Part shown: piece by piece, positions 15,001 to 28,000 of the stretch
How positions within the stretch are numbered: position 1 is the first letter of the stretch
Layout: the number at the start of each line of letters is the position of its first letter
Source of the DNA: Phoronis australis
Taxonomy: Eukaryota > Animalia > Phoronida
Assembly (NCBI GenBank): GCA_002633005.1
Contig: NMRA01000120.1
Span: forward strand, 807,940-871,939
DNA: 64,000 nucleotides
Direction: 5' to 3'
The notes under the pieces: generated by a model
What the model saw: only the letters and a program-made list of their open reading frames with translations
Databases searched by the model: none
Told to the model about the DNA's origin: nothing
Translations under genes and position numbers: made by a program

Positions 15001-18000
15001 CTTCGCAAGATCGAAAACCTGGATCCCATTTTCCGAAACACGATTTTTGGATGATACTATCAAGTGAAACTACAAGTTTCGCTGATATACCACGACTATA
15101 CCTCATGCTTTTTAGTGAATATTTCATTTGCAATTTTTTCTTCATTCCAAAATTGTCAAGCTGCATGTACAGTGTGAGGTATCACCAGACATATAATTAC
15201 CTTTGTTAGAACACGGACTCAGTGCAGGTGTCCATGAGTTGTAACTTGTAGATCTAGAGGTCGAACTAGAGCACGTGAAAACCTTCGATGATGTTCCATC
15301 TGTGAAGACCTTGCTGTCCTTGCAAACAAGTGTCACAGACTGGCCCCTGCGTATAGTCCTCGGTTGGTTTCCACTCATAACCGCGTTTAATCTTGACAAG
15401 ACAAGTTCGCACGAAGGCAAAGCTTAATAAAAATGATTAATGGCATTATCGCTTTCACTACGAGACTTCTTTGTCATCTCTTTGATTGAATCCGACTTAC
15501 ACTGCCCACCAGCTGTCAAGCATACGCTGCTTGATGCCAATGCTAATTATCCAAACAAACGAAATACTCTAAAGCCACGCCAACACACAGTGCTTCCCTA
15601 GAACAGCGTGTACTTGTGGAACGTATACTCACATTGAAATGGGCCGTCCAAACACACAAATACACATATCCGGCAACCAGGCTAAGGTGGATGTTGTCAT
15701 TCTTTGACTGACAATGAACAACTAATGCGAATACAGGGCGCAAACCAAGATCAGTCCATGAGTAACCGCAACTCATAATGACATCCTCCATGTCCAAGGC
15801 TGGAGGCCACACAGTAATTAGAAAAACTACATATTATTTTAGAATAAGTTACCCTTACCTCCATAAGATGGACTAACTTTCCAAAAATGGGAAAACTTAC
15901 ACTAGTTTGAATAGCTTGCATCAAGCCTCAAAAATAGCAACAACTTTGTTCTACCAGTAATGTGTTTTAGGGTAATTCTGTGTGTGGACGGCGCTGAAAT
16001 TTAAAAAACTAATTTTGAGTTACTTTCTGTTATTTCACTTCACATTTTAATACGAGGGCGATAAATACTAGCACGCAAAATTAAACATTACAACGTTGCC
16101 ATGTTAAATTCGAGAACAGACAAGCATTCTTGCATACATTAGGTGCTGTTTAATTCGCTGTAAAACGGTAGATTAGATCTTAATAGAGAAGTTATACCTT
16201 TCTCAGTGCACGGGCTCAGTGTAGGGCTCCATGAGGTTAAACTACTAGAACTATAAGTAAAACTAGAACATGTGAAGACCATCGACGACATTCCATTTCC
16301 GAACACTTTAGTGTCGAGGCATTGAAGTGTGATAGACTGGCCCTTACGGATAATCGTTGGCTTATTTCCACTCAGAGAGCCCGTAGTTTTCCACTTTGCG
16401 CTGAGCAATACCAAGTCAAGTTTGCACGAAGGTACAGCTGAATGAGGAAAGTTATGTAAGTTATAACGGTAGAACTGATAGGAATTACCAATCTATTTAA
16501 AATCAATATCAGATTGCGACCGACTGAAGCCTCTGTAAAACAACGCAAGCTTTACTCTTACTTCTTAATATCCTTCGGTTTTAATCTACCGCGAAAGGCG
16601 GGTTTCTTCAATGCATTTTCGTGACTTTTGCATCACTTTGTGGCCACCTTTTTAGAGAATTAGAAACATTTTAGAGTCCAAATGGTACAGTTCTGTATCA
16701 TTCAAGGAGATTTTCAAATTAGAGTTAGAAGTCTAGTCTTTATACTTGAAATTAAACTCAAAATCATTTTGACACTTTATGATCTATTTTAATGGAAACG
16801 GGGGTAAGCATCTTTTGTGCGTTGCAATATGTTATGAATTAAGTAAGTGATCATCTAAGAATTATGTCGCACATGACGATTGAAATATTAATACTACAAC
16901 TTCGGGTCTGATCCCTAAAGATTGAGCTTTCACTCGTGTCTGTACACCATGTGCAGAGACGGTGAGTACAAACCAGGAATAGAAACTCATTTGCATAAAC
17001 CATGACTTGCCCAAAAATACATCAATAAATATTGATCTTCAACTAGGAAGAAAAAATCCAAGAATAGTTTCGGGTTCGATTTCGAGCACACAAGTCTACT
17101 CAGGGCACAGGAAAGGCAAATCTTCAGCCAATCAACAAGTGTCCTTCATTCAAAATCCGAATTAGGCTGCTAACCACAACTTCGGAAGTGGTACAGCATA
17201 GTGACTGCGATACTGGTTATAATTCGAGAGCTTCACCTAGCATGGTCTTCAAAAGAAGTCTGAGCAGATTTCCAAGACGAGTGTTGATATGCTGTACTCA
17301 AATCATAATGACACCAGGTTAACTTAGCACGTTGATTACCAGCAGGTTAAGAATTATGCAGGAAAGGGGTTCTTTTCAGAATAATTTACAATAATGCCCG
17401 GCAACATTGGCCATCAAACCTTTGCGTAAAATTTGACGACAGACTCGCGGAAGTTAACAAAAAGACTTCGTAAGAACGATAACCTGCATCCCGAAACACG
17501 ACTTTTGGATGATACTATCAAGTGAAACTACAAGTCTCGCTGATATACCACGACGATACTTCATGCTTTTTTATGAATATTTCATTTGCGATTTTTTTCT
17601 TCCTACCAAAACTTCAAGCTGCATGTACAGTGTGAGGTATCATCAGACATTTAATTACCTTTGTTAGAACACGGACTCAGTGCAGGTGTCCATGAGTTGT
17701 AACTTGTAGATCTGGAGGTCGAACTAGAGCACGTGAAGAACTTCGATGATGTTCCATCTGTGAAGACCTTGCTGTCCTTGCAAACAAGTGTCACATACTG
17801 GCCCCTGCGTATAGTCCTCGGTTGGTTTCCACTCACAACCGCGTTTAATCTTGACAAGACAAGTTCGCACGAAGGCAAGGCTTAATAAAAATGATTAATG
17901 GCATTATAGCTTTCACTACGAGACTTCTTTGTCATCTTTTTAATTGAATCCGGCTTACACTGCCCGCCAGCTGTCAAACATACGCTGCTTGATGCTAATG

Positions 18001-21000
18001 CTAATGCTAATTCACCAAACAAACGAAATACTCTAAAGCCCCGCCAACAAACAGGGCTTCCCTACAACAGCGTGCACTTGTGGAACGTACACTCACATTG
18101 AAATGGAGCGTCCAAACACAGAAATACACATAACTGGCAACCAGGCTGAAGTGGACGTTGTCATTCTTTGACTGACAATGAACAACTAATGCGAATATAG
18201 GGCCCAAACCAAGATCAGTCCATGAGTAACCGCAACTCATAATGACTCCCTCCATGTCCAAGGCTTGAGGCAACACAGTAATTAGAAATGGTACATATTA
18301 TTTTAGAACAAGTTACCCTTACCTCCATAAGATAGAGTAACTTTCCACAAATGGGAAAAGTTACACTAGTTTGAATAGCTTGCATCAAGCCTCAAAAATA
18401 GCAACAACTTTGTTCTACCAGTAATGTGTTTTACGGTAATTCTGTGTGGACGGCGCTGAAGTTTAAAAAACTACTTTTGAGTTACTTTCTGTTATTTTAC
18501 TTCACCCTTTAATACGAAGGCGCTAAATACTAGCACGCAACATTAAACATTACAACGTTGACATGTTAAATTCGAGAACAGACAAGCGTTCTTGCATACA
18601 TTAGGTGCTATTTAATTCGCCCTAAAACGCCAGGTTAGATCTCGTTAGAGAAGTTATACCTTTCTCAGTGCACGGACTCAGTGTAGGGTTCCAGGAGATT
18701 AAACTACTAGAACTATAAGTAGAACTAGAGCATGTGAAGACCATCGACGACATTCCATTTCCGAACACTTTAGTGTCGAGGCATTGAAGTGTGATAGACT
18801 GGCCCTTACTGATAATCGTTGGCTTATTTCCACTCAGGTAACCCGTAGTTTTCCACTTAGCGCTGAGCATTACCAAGTCAAGTTCGCATGAAGGCACGGC
18901 TGAATGAGAAGGATTGTTAGTTTATTACACTGATTATAATATGAGTTTGCCATCCTTTGAATACAAGATCAAGTTGCTTTTGAAGCTTTTGCCAGACCAT
19001 GGCGTTTCTTTCATTTGCCATTGTCCTAGGTTTCCAGAATTATCATCATTTGATGTCTGTGCAATACACTTGGGCAAGTTACCAAACAAGCCGACACCAG
19101 TTAGATTTTGAGGTAAGTCAAGTGTCAGCCTGGAATTTTTGGCATGTAGGCGTTCCCTTCTAGCATTGCAAGGCAATCATTCTATTATCATTTATGCAAA
19201 AAGAGGTCATCCGCTTAAGTTTCACCACTCACTGCCATGCCTGCCAGCAACTTTAGAAAAGAACAAACAGTGGCAGTAATTCGTCTACGAAATTGCGAAG
19301 CAAGACGTTTTCCATTGATATAATTGTTAATTAACAAATGAAAGTGCGTGAAAGAATTAGGTTGTGTCTGATTGTGTCCTTTTCAACGTTGCTGCAGAAG
19401 ATACGTGTTTGCGCGTACATAATGACAAGCGCGATTAAAAAGTGGTTTTTGCCTCTACATTTAAAAGCACGCTTTTACAGCTCTGAAGAAAAGCTGTGAA
19501 GCAAACATGACAGGTGCACACTGTTGAGTAGTTTGAGAGCGACACCGCGACAGGTTTGTTGCAGTGGCTACGGTATACCTCACCCTCACCACCCTTGTTG
19601 TTTTCTGGCCTGAGATGCACATTGTCGGAAACTGTTTTGCATTTAAATTGTTAAAATGTTATTTTCAAGGGATAACCCAATAAAAAGGAACCCGTGAAAC
19701 TTTTGGGTAAATTTTGGTGCCACAAGTACCTCGTTAATCACACTTCTACGAATAGCTGTCAAGAAACAAAATGCACGAAACTCTAGTAACTGACATGTTT
19801 ATTAACAGTAATATTCGACAAATTTCGTACACTGTTACTAAACTACTTTTAAGGTTTGTTTGACGTGGAATGATACAACAAGTTGAATTGAAATGGGACA
19901 AAAATTTTCACGAGGAGGTTGTAAAATGTTTCACATTGAATATTTTCTAAGAATTACTTAAGCTTCCATGAATCCACCCATTTATTTCAGCCAAGTGATG
20001 TTTTTGGAAAGAATTGAAGTTGCAAAATCACTTATTGTGTGGTCACAACTTTTTACATTTTGGAAGTGCGTTCTACGAAAAAAATTCACAGGAAGTGACG
20101 AATTATTTTGGACTGAATTGTTAGCTTACTTCGATGAAATCGACAAGGATGAAGACTTTCAATATCAGCCAATTGGGTGTATAAAACAACATAACTGTTA
20201 ATAAGGCAACACTCTTGGTATAAAAGAAGCATTACTAGTATTTATGATTTGCTTGAATCAGAAGGAATTTTTATGCCTTGCGCAGCATTTTGAAACAGCT
20301 ATGACTTCCCTCCATCATTTATGACTTTTGTGGATTGGTGCGCGCATATTTTATTTTCAACAGATTCCATAAATATTAAGTTTTCAGTAAGCCTCCCAAA
20401 TTTCACCAAATATTGGGAAATATTGCGAGCAAACTTATATATTCACAATTATTTGAAGGCATTTATGAAATAAACAATACATGATATGAATTGGGAATCA
20501 TAATTAACGCTAGTAATCATCTGAACGATGGAAGGAATTTTTCTAATGTTACATTTAGTATCTGATGCTTGTGTGCGAGTGTGCTTGAATGTGCGTGCGC
20601 GCGTGTGTGTAGAAGTGTCGAATAATTGTACTCTCCATCAATTCTATAGGACTAAGTGTCATTAAAGGAGGATGTTGATTTTTATTACACTACACACTTT
20701 TCAGAAATGTTTGCATGGCATTGAAGTAAAAAAGCGTGTCAGTCTAGAATTGGCTGTCTGAATTAAATCGTTAATTTTATGCGAACAGTTAAGCGAACAA
20801 TTATCGACATTAACACCATCGATGAACTGCAGCTTGAAGGACTACTCCACCTATCGACCATTGGCAACCGTAGGCCTATCGGCTTCAATGGCCGTTTCCC
20901 ACAGATACCGTAGGACACACATACGGTACGTTTAAATCCGCCAAATCAGTGAACAGGGTCATAAGTTTGAATATATACTATTGCGAACACTGTTTAGGAA

Positions 21001-24000
21001 TTTTACACCACAAGCTCCTTAAAGCGGTTATAAAATCGCCTTCCATCACAAAAAAACAAAACTTTGCTTTAGACCGCTTACATTTATGAAATAAGTTTAA
21101 ATCTTTTCCTTGGTCAAACTGGAGACTATATCAGGGTTCTTGAAGAACTGACTTATTGTTATTGCTTGAGATTAGGAAAGCATTGTCTCAACAAGCAAAC
21201 CTCGAATAACTTATTGAGTAAGAAACTCGTTGAGACCAATAAATAGCGGTGAGCTGTCTAAATCAAAAGCTCGCTTCTTGAACGGAACGTAAGCTTTGAA
21301 GCCGGTGGCTAGACAATTTCAATTTGCATGTGAATACGTTTACGGAACTGTCATCATATACCTATGCCGCTTCCTCCACACCCGCTGAGAGGAGGCTTCC
21401 AAGAGCCAGAATTTTTAGAGCACGTGAATGATTTCATTTCTTTTCCGTCGTTGAATTTTCGTTTTTCAAGGCACCGTAATATGATGGATGATCCTCTAGC
21501 GACAGTCAGTCGCGATCTGTCTCCTCCACGTACCGGGCCAGATACGATTGATGCTTTGAAGCTGTCCACGTTATTGAGTTGACATGGGGCCTCGGTCATA
21601 GCGAGTCGTTGTTGATTGAGTTGTGCTCTCTGGTAAATGTGTTTTTCAACCGAGTCTCCTAAACTGCTTGATCCTAAAAATTTCAAGATGAGTGAAAAGT
21701 CAAAAACCAACACACAGCTAATAAGACAGGACAGCAATATATTGCCAACAGGTCTACCGCACAATCGGTCTCGATAATCCGAAGGCGATATTCCCAGCCA
21801 AGCAAACGCATACAGTAAATCTACAGCAAGTCTCCTTGCATGGCCAATACACGAGCGTTCCAGTAAATATACTTACTTTCGCCTATGCAAGAGCTGAGAG
21901 TAGGCACCCATGATATTTTATTGTTAGAACACGTAAATGACTTTGACGTAGTATCATCCGAAAACGTCTTGTTATTAAGACACAGAAGTGTAACAGACTG
22001 CCCTCTGGCGACCGTAAGTGATCGCTGGGCTCCATGCACGCCGAGCACTGCATCGATGTTCAAACTGCCCAAATGAATGTAACACGGCGGTAAGACTGGA
22101 AAAGAGTTGAACGCATTTAGATCTCGCAAACCAACCCGCTCTATTGCGAAGTATTTTAAGACCTCAAAAGACATTACATTGGCTCGTTCCGACAATCGGA
22201 TTAAGTTATTGCTACACGCTGCTAATCCGGCAATGAACTATCTAAACCCTACGATTGCTTTTTTTTTGGTACAGCAAATATTTGTTGCTAAAAATGCAGA
22301 AAAAGATTGTTTTTCGATGAGCTTGAGACACTTCCACCTCAACAATTTACGGAGAACGAAGAAGGAAAGGAGCTTGCTGGATATAAAAGCATATAACAGA
22401 TCTTACGATCAGTTAAATTCATTTCAGGCCGTCAGAATAGATAAATCTAGAGTGAAATAGATGCACCCTAAAGTATATTTAGAAACGATATTCTTTTACT
22501 AGTATGAGCTGGGAATTCAGTGGCGGAGTTAGGGGGGACAAGAGGGTCATGCCCCCATAAAATTCTCCCAGATTCCATTTGGCAGTTCGTGGGAGCAAAT
22601 GTTGTCTGCTGGCAAAATCCCGGCTAATACTCTGCCCTGGCCCCCTTAACTCAAAATCCTGGATCAACCCCTGGAATGAATAGTTCTGACGTGTCCATCA
22701 AGCTATTACCTCCAGCCAATAAAGGGGGAAATGCAACCTCTGCGATCATCCACCATCTTGGGCCAAAAAAAGTTGCTAACAAAGTCCGAACCAGTTTAGG
22801 ACAATTACAAGGCAGATCAACTATTTGCAGACTAAGAACGTGCTTTAGACATATGTAAGCATGTGATTGACTTCTCGAATGGCATCTGAATTGGAGCTTT
22901 AATGTAACTGGGTTCATTTGATTTCAGTTAATCGGTGTACTTAATAAACGCTAGAAGATCGTTAGAGCTATTAAGTTTGGATACATTTTTGGCGAAAATG
23001 GTATACATTTTATTGTATGATAGGGGAAATTTCGTATTCTTAGCCACTGAATTTTGGCACGTTTTCCCCCGTGTATGGGAGGGTGCAAGTCGTGGCTGAA
23101 CGGAGCGAATAGATTTTGGAGTGTTGATAGAGTAAAGACTGTTTCGAGTTGCTCACTTAATTTAACCTCGGCCGAACGCACAAAAGTCTCAAAGAAAATA
23201 CTTGAGAACTAATATCTGTTCGATTGCTCCAGTCAGCGATGCGAAGCATTCACGTGCGATGATTTCTCGGGTCGTTTTCTATTGTCAATTTTTTATCTGC
23301 TTATTCTGTAACCAACTGTTTTGGAAGTTTTCTTCAGTTCAGTTCTATTATGGAACTCATTAGAAAAGACCCCCATTATCTACAAATACGTACCATGCTT
23401 TACAATCTTCTTTGTCATGGTTCTATATCAGTCACTAATATGCTGAAACCTATAAGAGTTCTCTCACATATTCTGTTGAAATCAACTACATTATTATTTG
23501 CCTGACTTGAACATCAAGTGCTAACTGCTTGTAAACAAATGTAACATCCCATCAAAACTTAAAGGACTAAAATTATTTAATCAAGACCGACTTAAGATAT
23601 AACTGCCAATTTATGCATAATGTACGTTTTAAATACCTAATTGATTTAAATTACAAATGACTTAAGGCAGAACTGAAAGTGTGGTATATTTGTCCCTGAG
23701 CAAATGACATTAAAGAAAAAGTATATTGGCGTAGCTATGAAAAAGGAGTAGGAGCTATAGCCCCCCCAGCCCCCCCCCCCTTGTGGTGCACTTCCCAAAG
23801 ACAATGGGCGGCACATCACCTAAAAAGGGGGCTATAGCCCCCATCCCCCTGTGGTGGGCCTCCCATGAACGGGCGCTTACTGTTGTCTTGACGCACTTGC
23901 CTAGGCACCGGCAGAACGTTCACCAGTGCCGACTGCATCGTGTAGCCAAGTTTGTTGCCAATCAGACATTGCACTCTGACGGGTTTCTTAATGTTCAGCA

Positions 24001-25035
24001 GCGTGAGTTCGCTGACGTCATTTCCACCTTTTAGGCGTACGTTTCCCATATTTTCTAAATGAAGCAATCATTATGATTATCATTGATATTGTTAATGTGT
24101 TTCCATTCTGATAGACATGCTGTACTGCAGTGGACGTTGTCGTCGTCGCCTTTAATTCTCATAAAACTGCCCCTTGTTCGCTTACGGAAATTCCCTGTTC
24201 TGTTCAACGCTTGGTACCAACGTTTAGTAAAAGGTACAGCATGCTAATACAAGTAAATATATAGTATAACTAGTTAATTCATGTGAACCAGTGGTCCGTA
24301 ACTGATATCCACGCCAGATGAAGATCTGAATTAGCCAGAAGGGTTTTGGGGATTTTAAAAATGATTGTAAACCTACGTTCCATGTCCAAAGCCCCGTTTA
24401 TATGCCTCACGTTTACACCCTTACGGGAATATACACCTTACACGAAATGTACGCCTGGGTATAAATGTAAATTTATATCGTGATAGCACGTGAAAAAGAA
24501 AAGCAATAGTTGCGTTCGGTACTCTATACATTTGGCAGCGAAGTCGACACGAGCAACATTTGCCAATTAAGAGAAGACTTTTATATAACATTTGCCTTGA
24601 ATCTGGGTAGCTCTGAGGCTCAGATGTTTCTCGACTCTAGAACAAATGAACAAGACAATCCACCTGTCAGGTTAGCCAAATCGTAATGAAGGCGTACATG
24701 ATTTGCTAATCGTTGTAATGGAAACCTGGCGGAGTTACGAAAGCAAGTGTTTTCCAATTCTCGGGTCATGTGTGAAATAAGCACAGTCACAGTCGATTGC
24801 AGCGCAAAATTTCCGCAGGCCATAACTTGAAGAAGAGATGAGATCAATAATTTTGCAGTGGAACTTTTTTCTCGTTGGGACATTCTCAGATGAAATGAAT
24901 TCTTGGTAGCATAGGGCAGTGGTATTCATTTGTAAGTGGGATAACCTACATGTATGTCCTGAGAATCACGCTCATTCGATACGATATTCGTCATTTTCCG
25001 TTCGACGTTACAATATATACATATACATATACATG

Positions 25036-25090
<55 letters not shown>

Positions 25091-28000
25091 CTACAACTTG
25101 AGAAACTTTTTACTGCCAAATCAGAAAAAAATCTTTTTAACCAATCTTATCAATCTTACTTTGAAAACCAGAACGATTGAGCATTTCTATGGCATCCTGC
25201 TTCCACTGCACTAAAACTGAGAGTGACGTTTTGTCTCCGCAAGTGAAATGCTGCACGTTTTTGTCAAACGCACACGCTATGAATCTTTTGTGATATCAAG
25301 GTGTTCTATAGAAATTAGAACCCCGGGGTAAGACATATATCCCGGAGTTGAAAACAGACTCCCCCACCTTCCAAAGAGCTATCCAGTCCGAAAAACACGA
25401 ACCCCAACCTTTAAAACAAGAACTCCAACTTTTAGAACGCGAAACGGGGCTCGGACAGGAAACCCCGATAATTTTTCAATTTTTCTGAGAAGGTGTCAGT
25501 AGCCTAAAACTTTGAGATAAAGCCTCTTCAAGTACTTTGCAGTTGTCTTCTGCATTTGTTTGTCGATAAGAAAAGACAACTTATATTATGACGTTATTTG
25601 AGTTTTTATCGGTAAAACTCGTACTTGTTTGTGAGCTACTTTCAACATAATGTATGCTCTCAACACGTAGACATTTAGTTGATTTTAAATTATTCAATTG
25701 TTTCTCCACTTTTTTTGCAAAAATGACAAACGAAAATATTGTTTTGAGTGCCATTGTTTATTAATTTCTTTAAATATCTTTACAATTGACTGCATTTTAG
25801 GATTCGATGATCTACTTGTCTAGAGTACATTATTTTCTGACACAATCAATTTCCGTACTTTGAAATGGACCGCAAGAGTCATTCACTCAAAAGACTTGCA
25901 CCACCACCAGTTTCATCGTTCTGGCACTCAAAAAGGTGTATTTCAACTCCCCATCGGTCATTAAAACGGAATTGAATCTGACAAATCCTCCACCACAATA
26001 GCACTTGCCATTATTGTTCACTCGGGTACATTATAGCAGGATTTATGTTTTCGTGTGAAATTGATACAAGTCGTATGAACACAAAGCACTTTAAAGGTAC
26101 TAAGTTAATGTTTTGTTTAGATAAACAATATTTGACAGAAAGTGCAGGAGTGCGTTTCGGCCTCTGGGTGTCCTGTCCGATCCTCGGCATTCCTTTCTTA
26201 AAGGTAAGGGTTCGTGATTTTCAAGCTGGTTAGCTGTTTTGAAGGTGCGGAACCCCTGGATATCTCTTTTACACCGGAGTTCCCATTTTGATGGATCACC
26301 GTGGATGTGTAAGCACTATTTATTATAAATATAGATCATGTAGCGCGAGACCGTCATCATAGTTGTATAGGCAACTAAATTCTTAGTTCGAAGGGTACAA
26401 ACTCAACGATTTAAGAAGTTTTTTGAATACAGTGGACGGGGTGAGCAATGGAAACGATTCCCAAGACTTTACTGCCTGTCCACATAACCTCGGAGTTTCA
26501 CGGGATAGCCTAACTATTCCAATTTATTACAAAATATTAAAACCCGTTAAATATGCTGCAAAAGCTGATGTTACTATTAAGTAGTAATGCACATGACAAC
26601 GTCACTCAGAAATAGGCGAGCTTCGTATCGAATGACCATGCTGAGAATAGGAAAACACCTTTTTTCGTAACTCATCCAGGGCCCGGTCTCCAATCTTTTT
26701 ACTCGAAATGGAACTCGAAATTAGGTTTGGCATTTTCTACTCTACTTTTGGGCGAACTCAAGATAAGTGTCTATTATTCTATGCTCGAGTACACAATAAC
26801 TTACGTAGATAATTTATTGCCCTTAGTTCACAGTTTGTAAACCCAATATTAAAGCAATAAGTTCGAGTTTGAACTCGAAATTTCGAGTTTTTACTTGAGT
26901 TTGTAGCACGAATATAAGGGTCTTCAAGGGCAAACTTGAACTAGAAACTCCTATGCATAAACTATAATGTATTCGAGCACATTCTGATAACCAATTATCT
27001 TAAGTTCGCACAAAAGGAGCAGAGAAATTGCCAAAAATAGTTTCGAGTTCGTTTCGAGTACAAAGATTAGAGACCGGACCCAGGTTGCAAATAGTGGGGT
27101 TGCCAAATCATGTGTGCATTCATTACTACTTGAGGTTTTATAATCCATGATATCCCAATCAAGGCACGCTTTGTGATGTCCGTAACACTTTTCACTTGTG
27201 TATACTCGAGATGCGTTTGTAAAAAACGTACTTGCTGGTTTGCCGTTCACGAACCATGTCCTTTTCCCGGGGTGAGGCTTTCTGTTGTTTGCCTTGCAAG
27301 TTAATGTCGCAGATCCTCCTTGTTCCACCGTCATGTCTCTCCATAATTCACTGAACGCTGGGGGATCTAAAGAATAGCTAGTGTCTACGAGCTGAACCAC
27401 AATATAGCCCATATACATTGCATTTCTCGAAGTACGAACTGAACGAAAGACACCTTAGTCTAAGCACAAATATATTGTTTTCTGGATTGCTATCTGCGTG
27501 CACGAAATTCCATGAGACTTCGTAGCTGCATTCCAGTGATAATGATAAACCTGCGAGTTGTAATTTGTTGATATTTAAGATTTCTGTTCTGGTCGTTATT
27601 GCTTATCACCTTGCTTGATAACTTGGCTTGACACCCCTGGTCGTTTTGTTCGTCGAGCATGGTATTAATATTCTTGAGTTATTAGTAATTCCTAAGCCCA
27701 GAACATTATTTCCAAAAATTATGATAACGATAACAAAGCATTGGCAACGATTGTCAGTGTGGACGGCCTTTAGACAACTAATTGCAAAAACTGGTCTCAA
27801 CTTGTTCCCAGCTCTTGATTGGGAACACGACTAAACTAGGGATTTGGTGAGTTTGACAACCGGTGCGAAATAGCAAAATTCTGCCTAACATGGCCAAATT
27901 CTGCCGAACATTCCCTCTTGAACACTGACAGTCACACGATCTTCAGGTGGTTGCCGATTGGCCATTCTTCACCAAACTCCACCAAACTGTTTTCAAATTT

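Larger units (their letters stand above)
1..18910. repeat. Tandem ~2.46-kb unit (exon A + intron + exon B + intron), about 5 copies, interrupted by two transposons
   Basis: A-to-A spacing is 2466, 2458 and 2462 bp, and 2450 bp after removing the two insertions. The first interval is 1315 bp and spans the N at 636. Confidence 0.95.
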
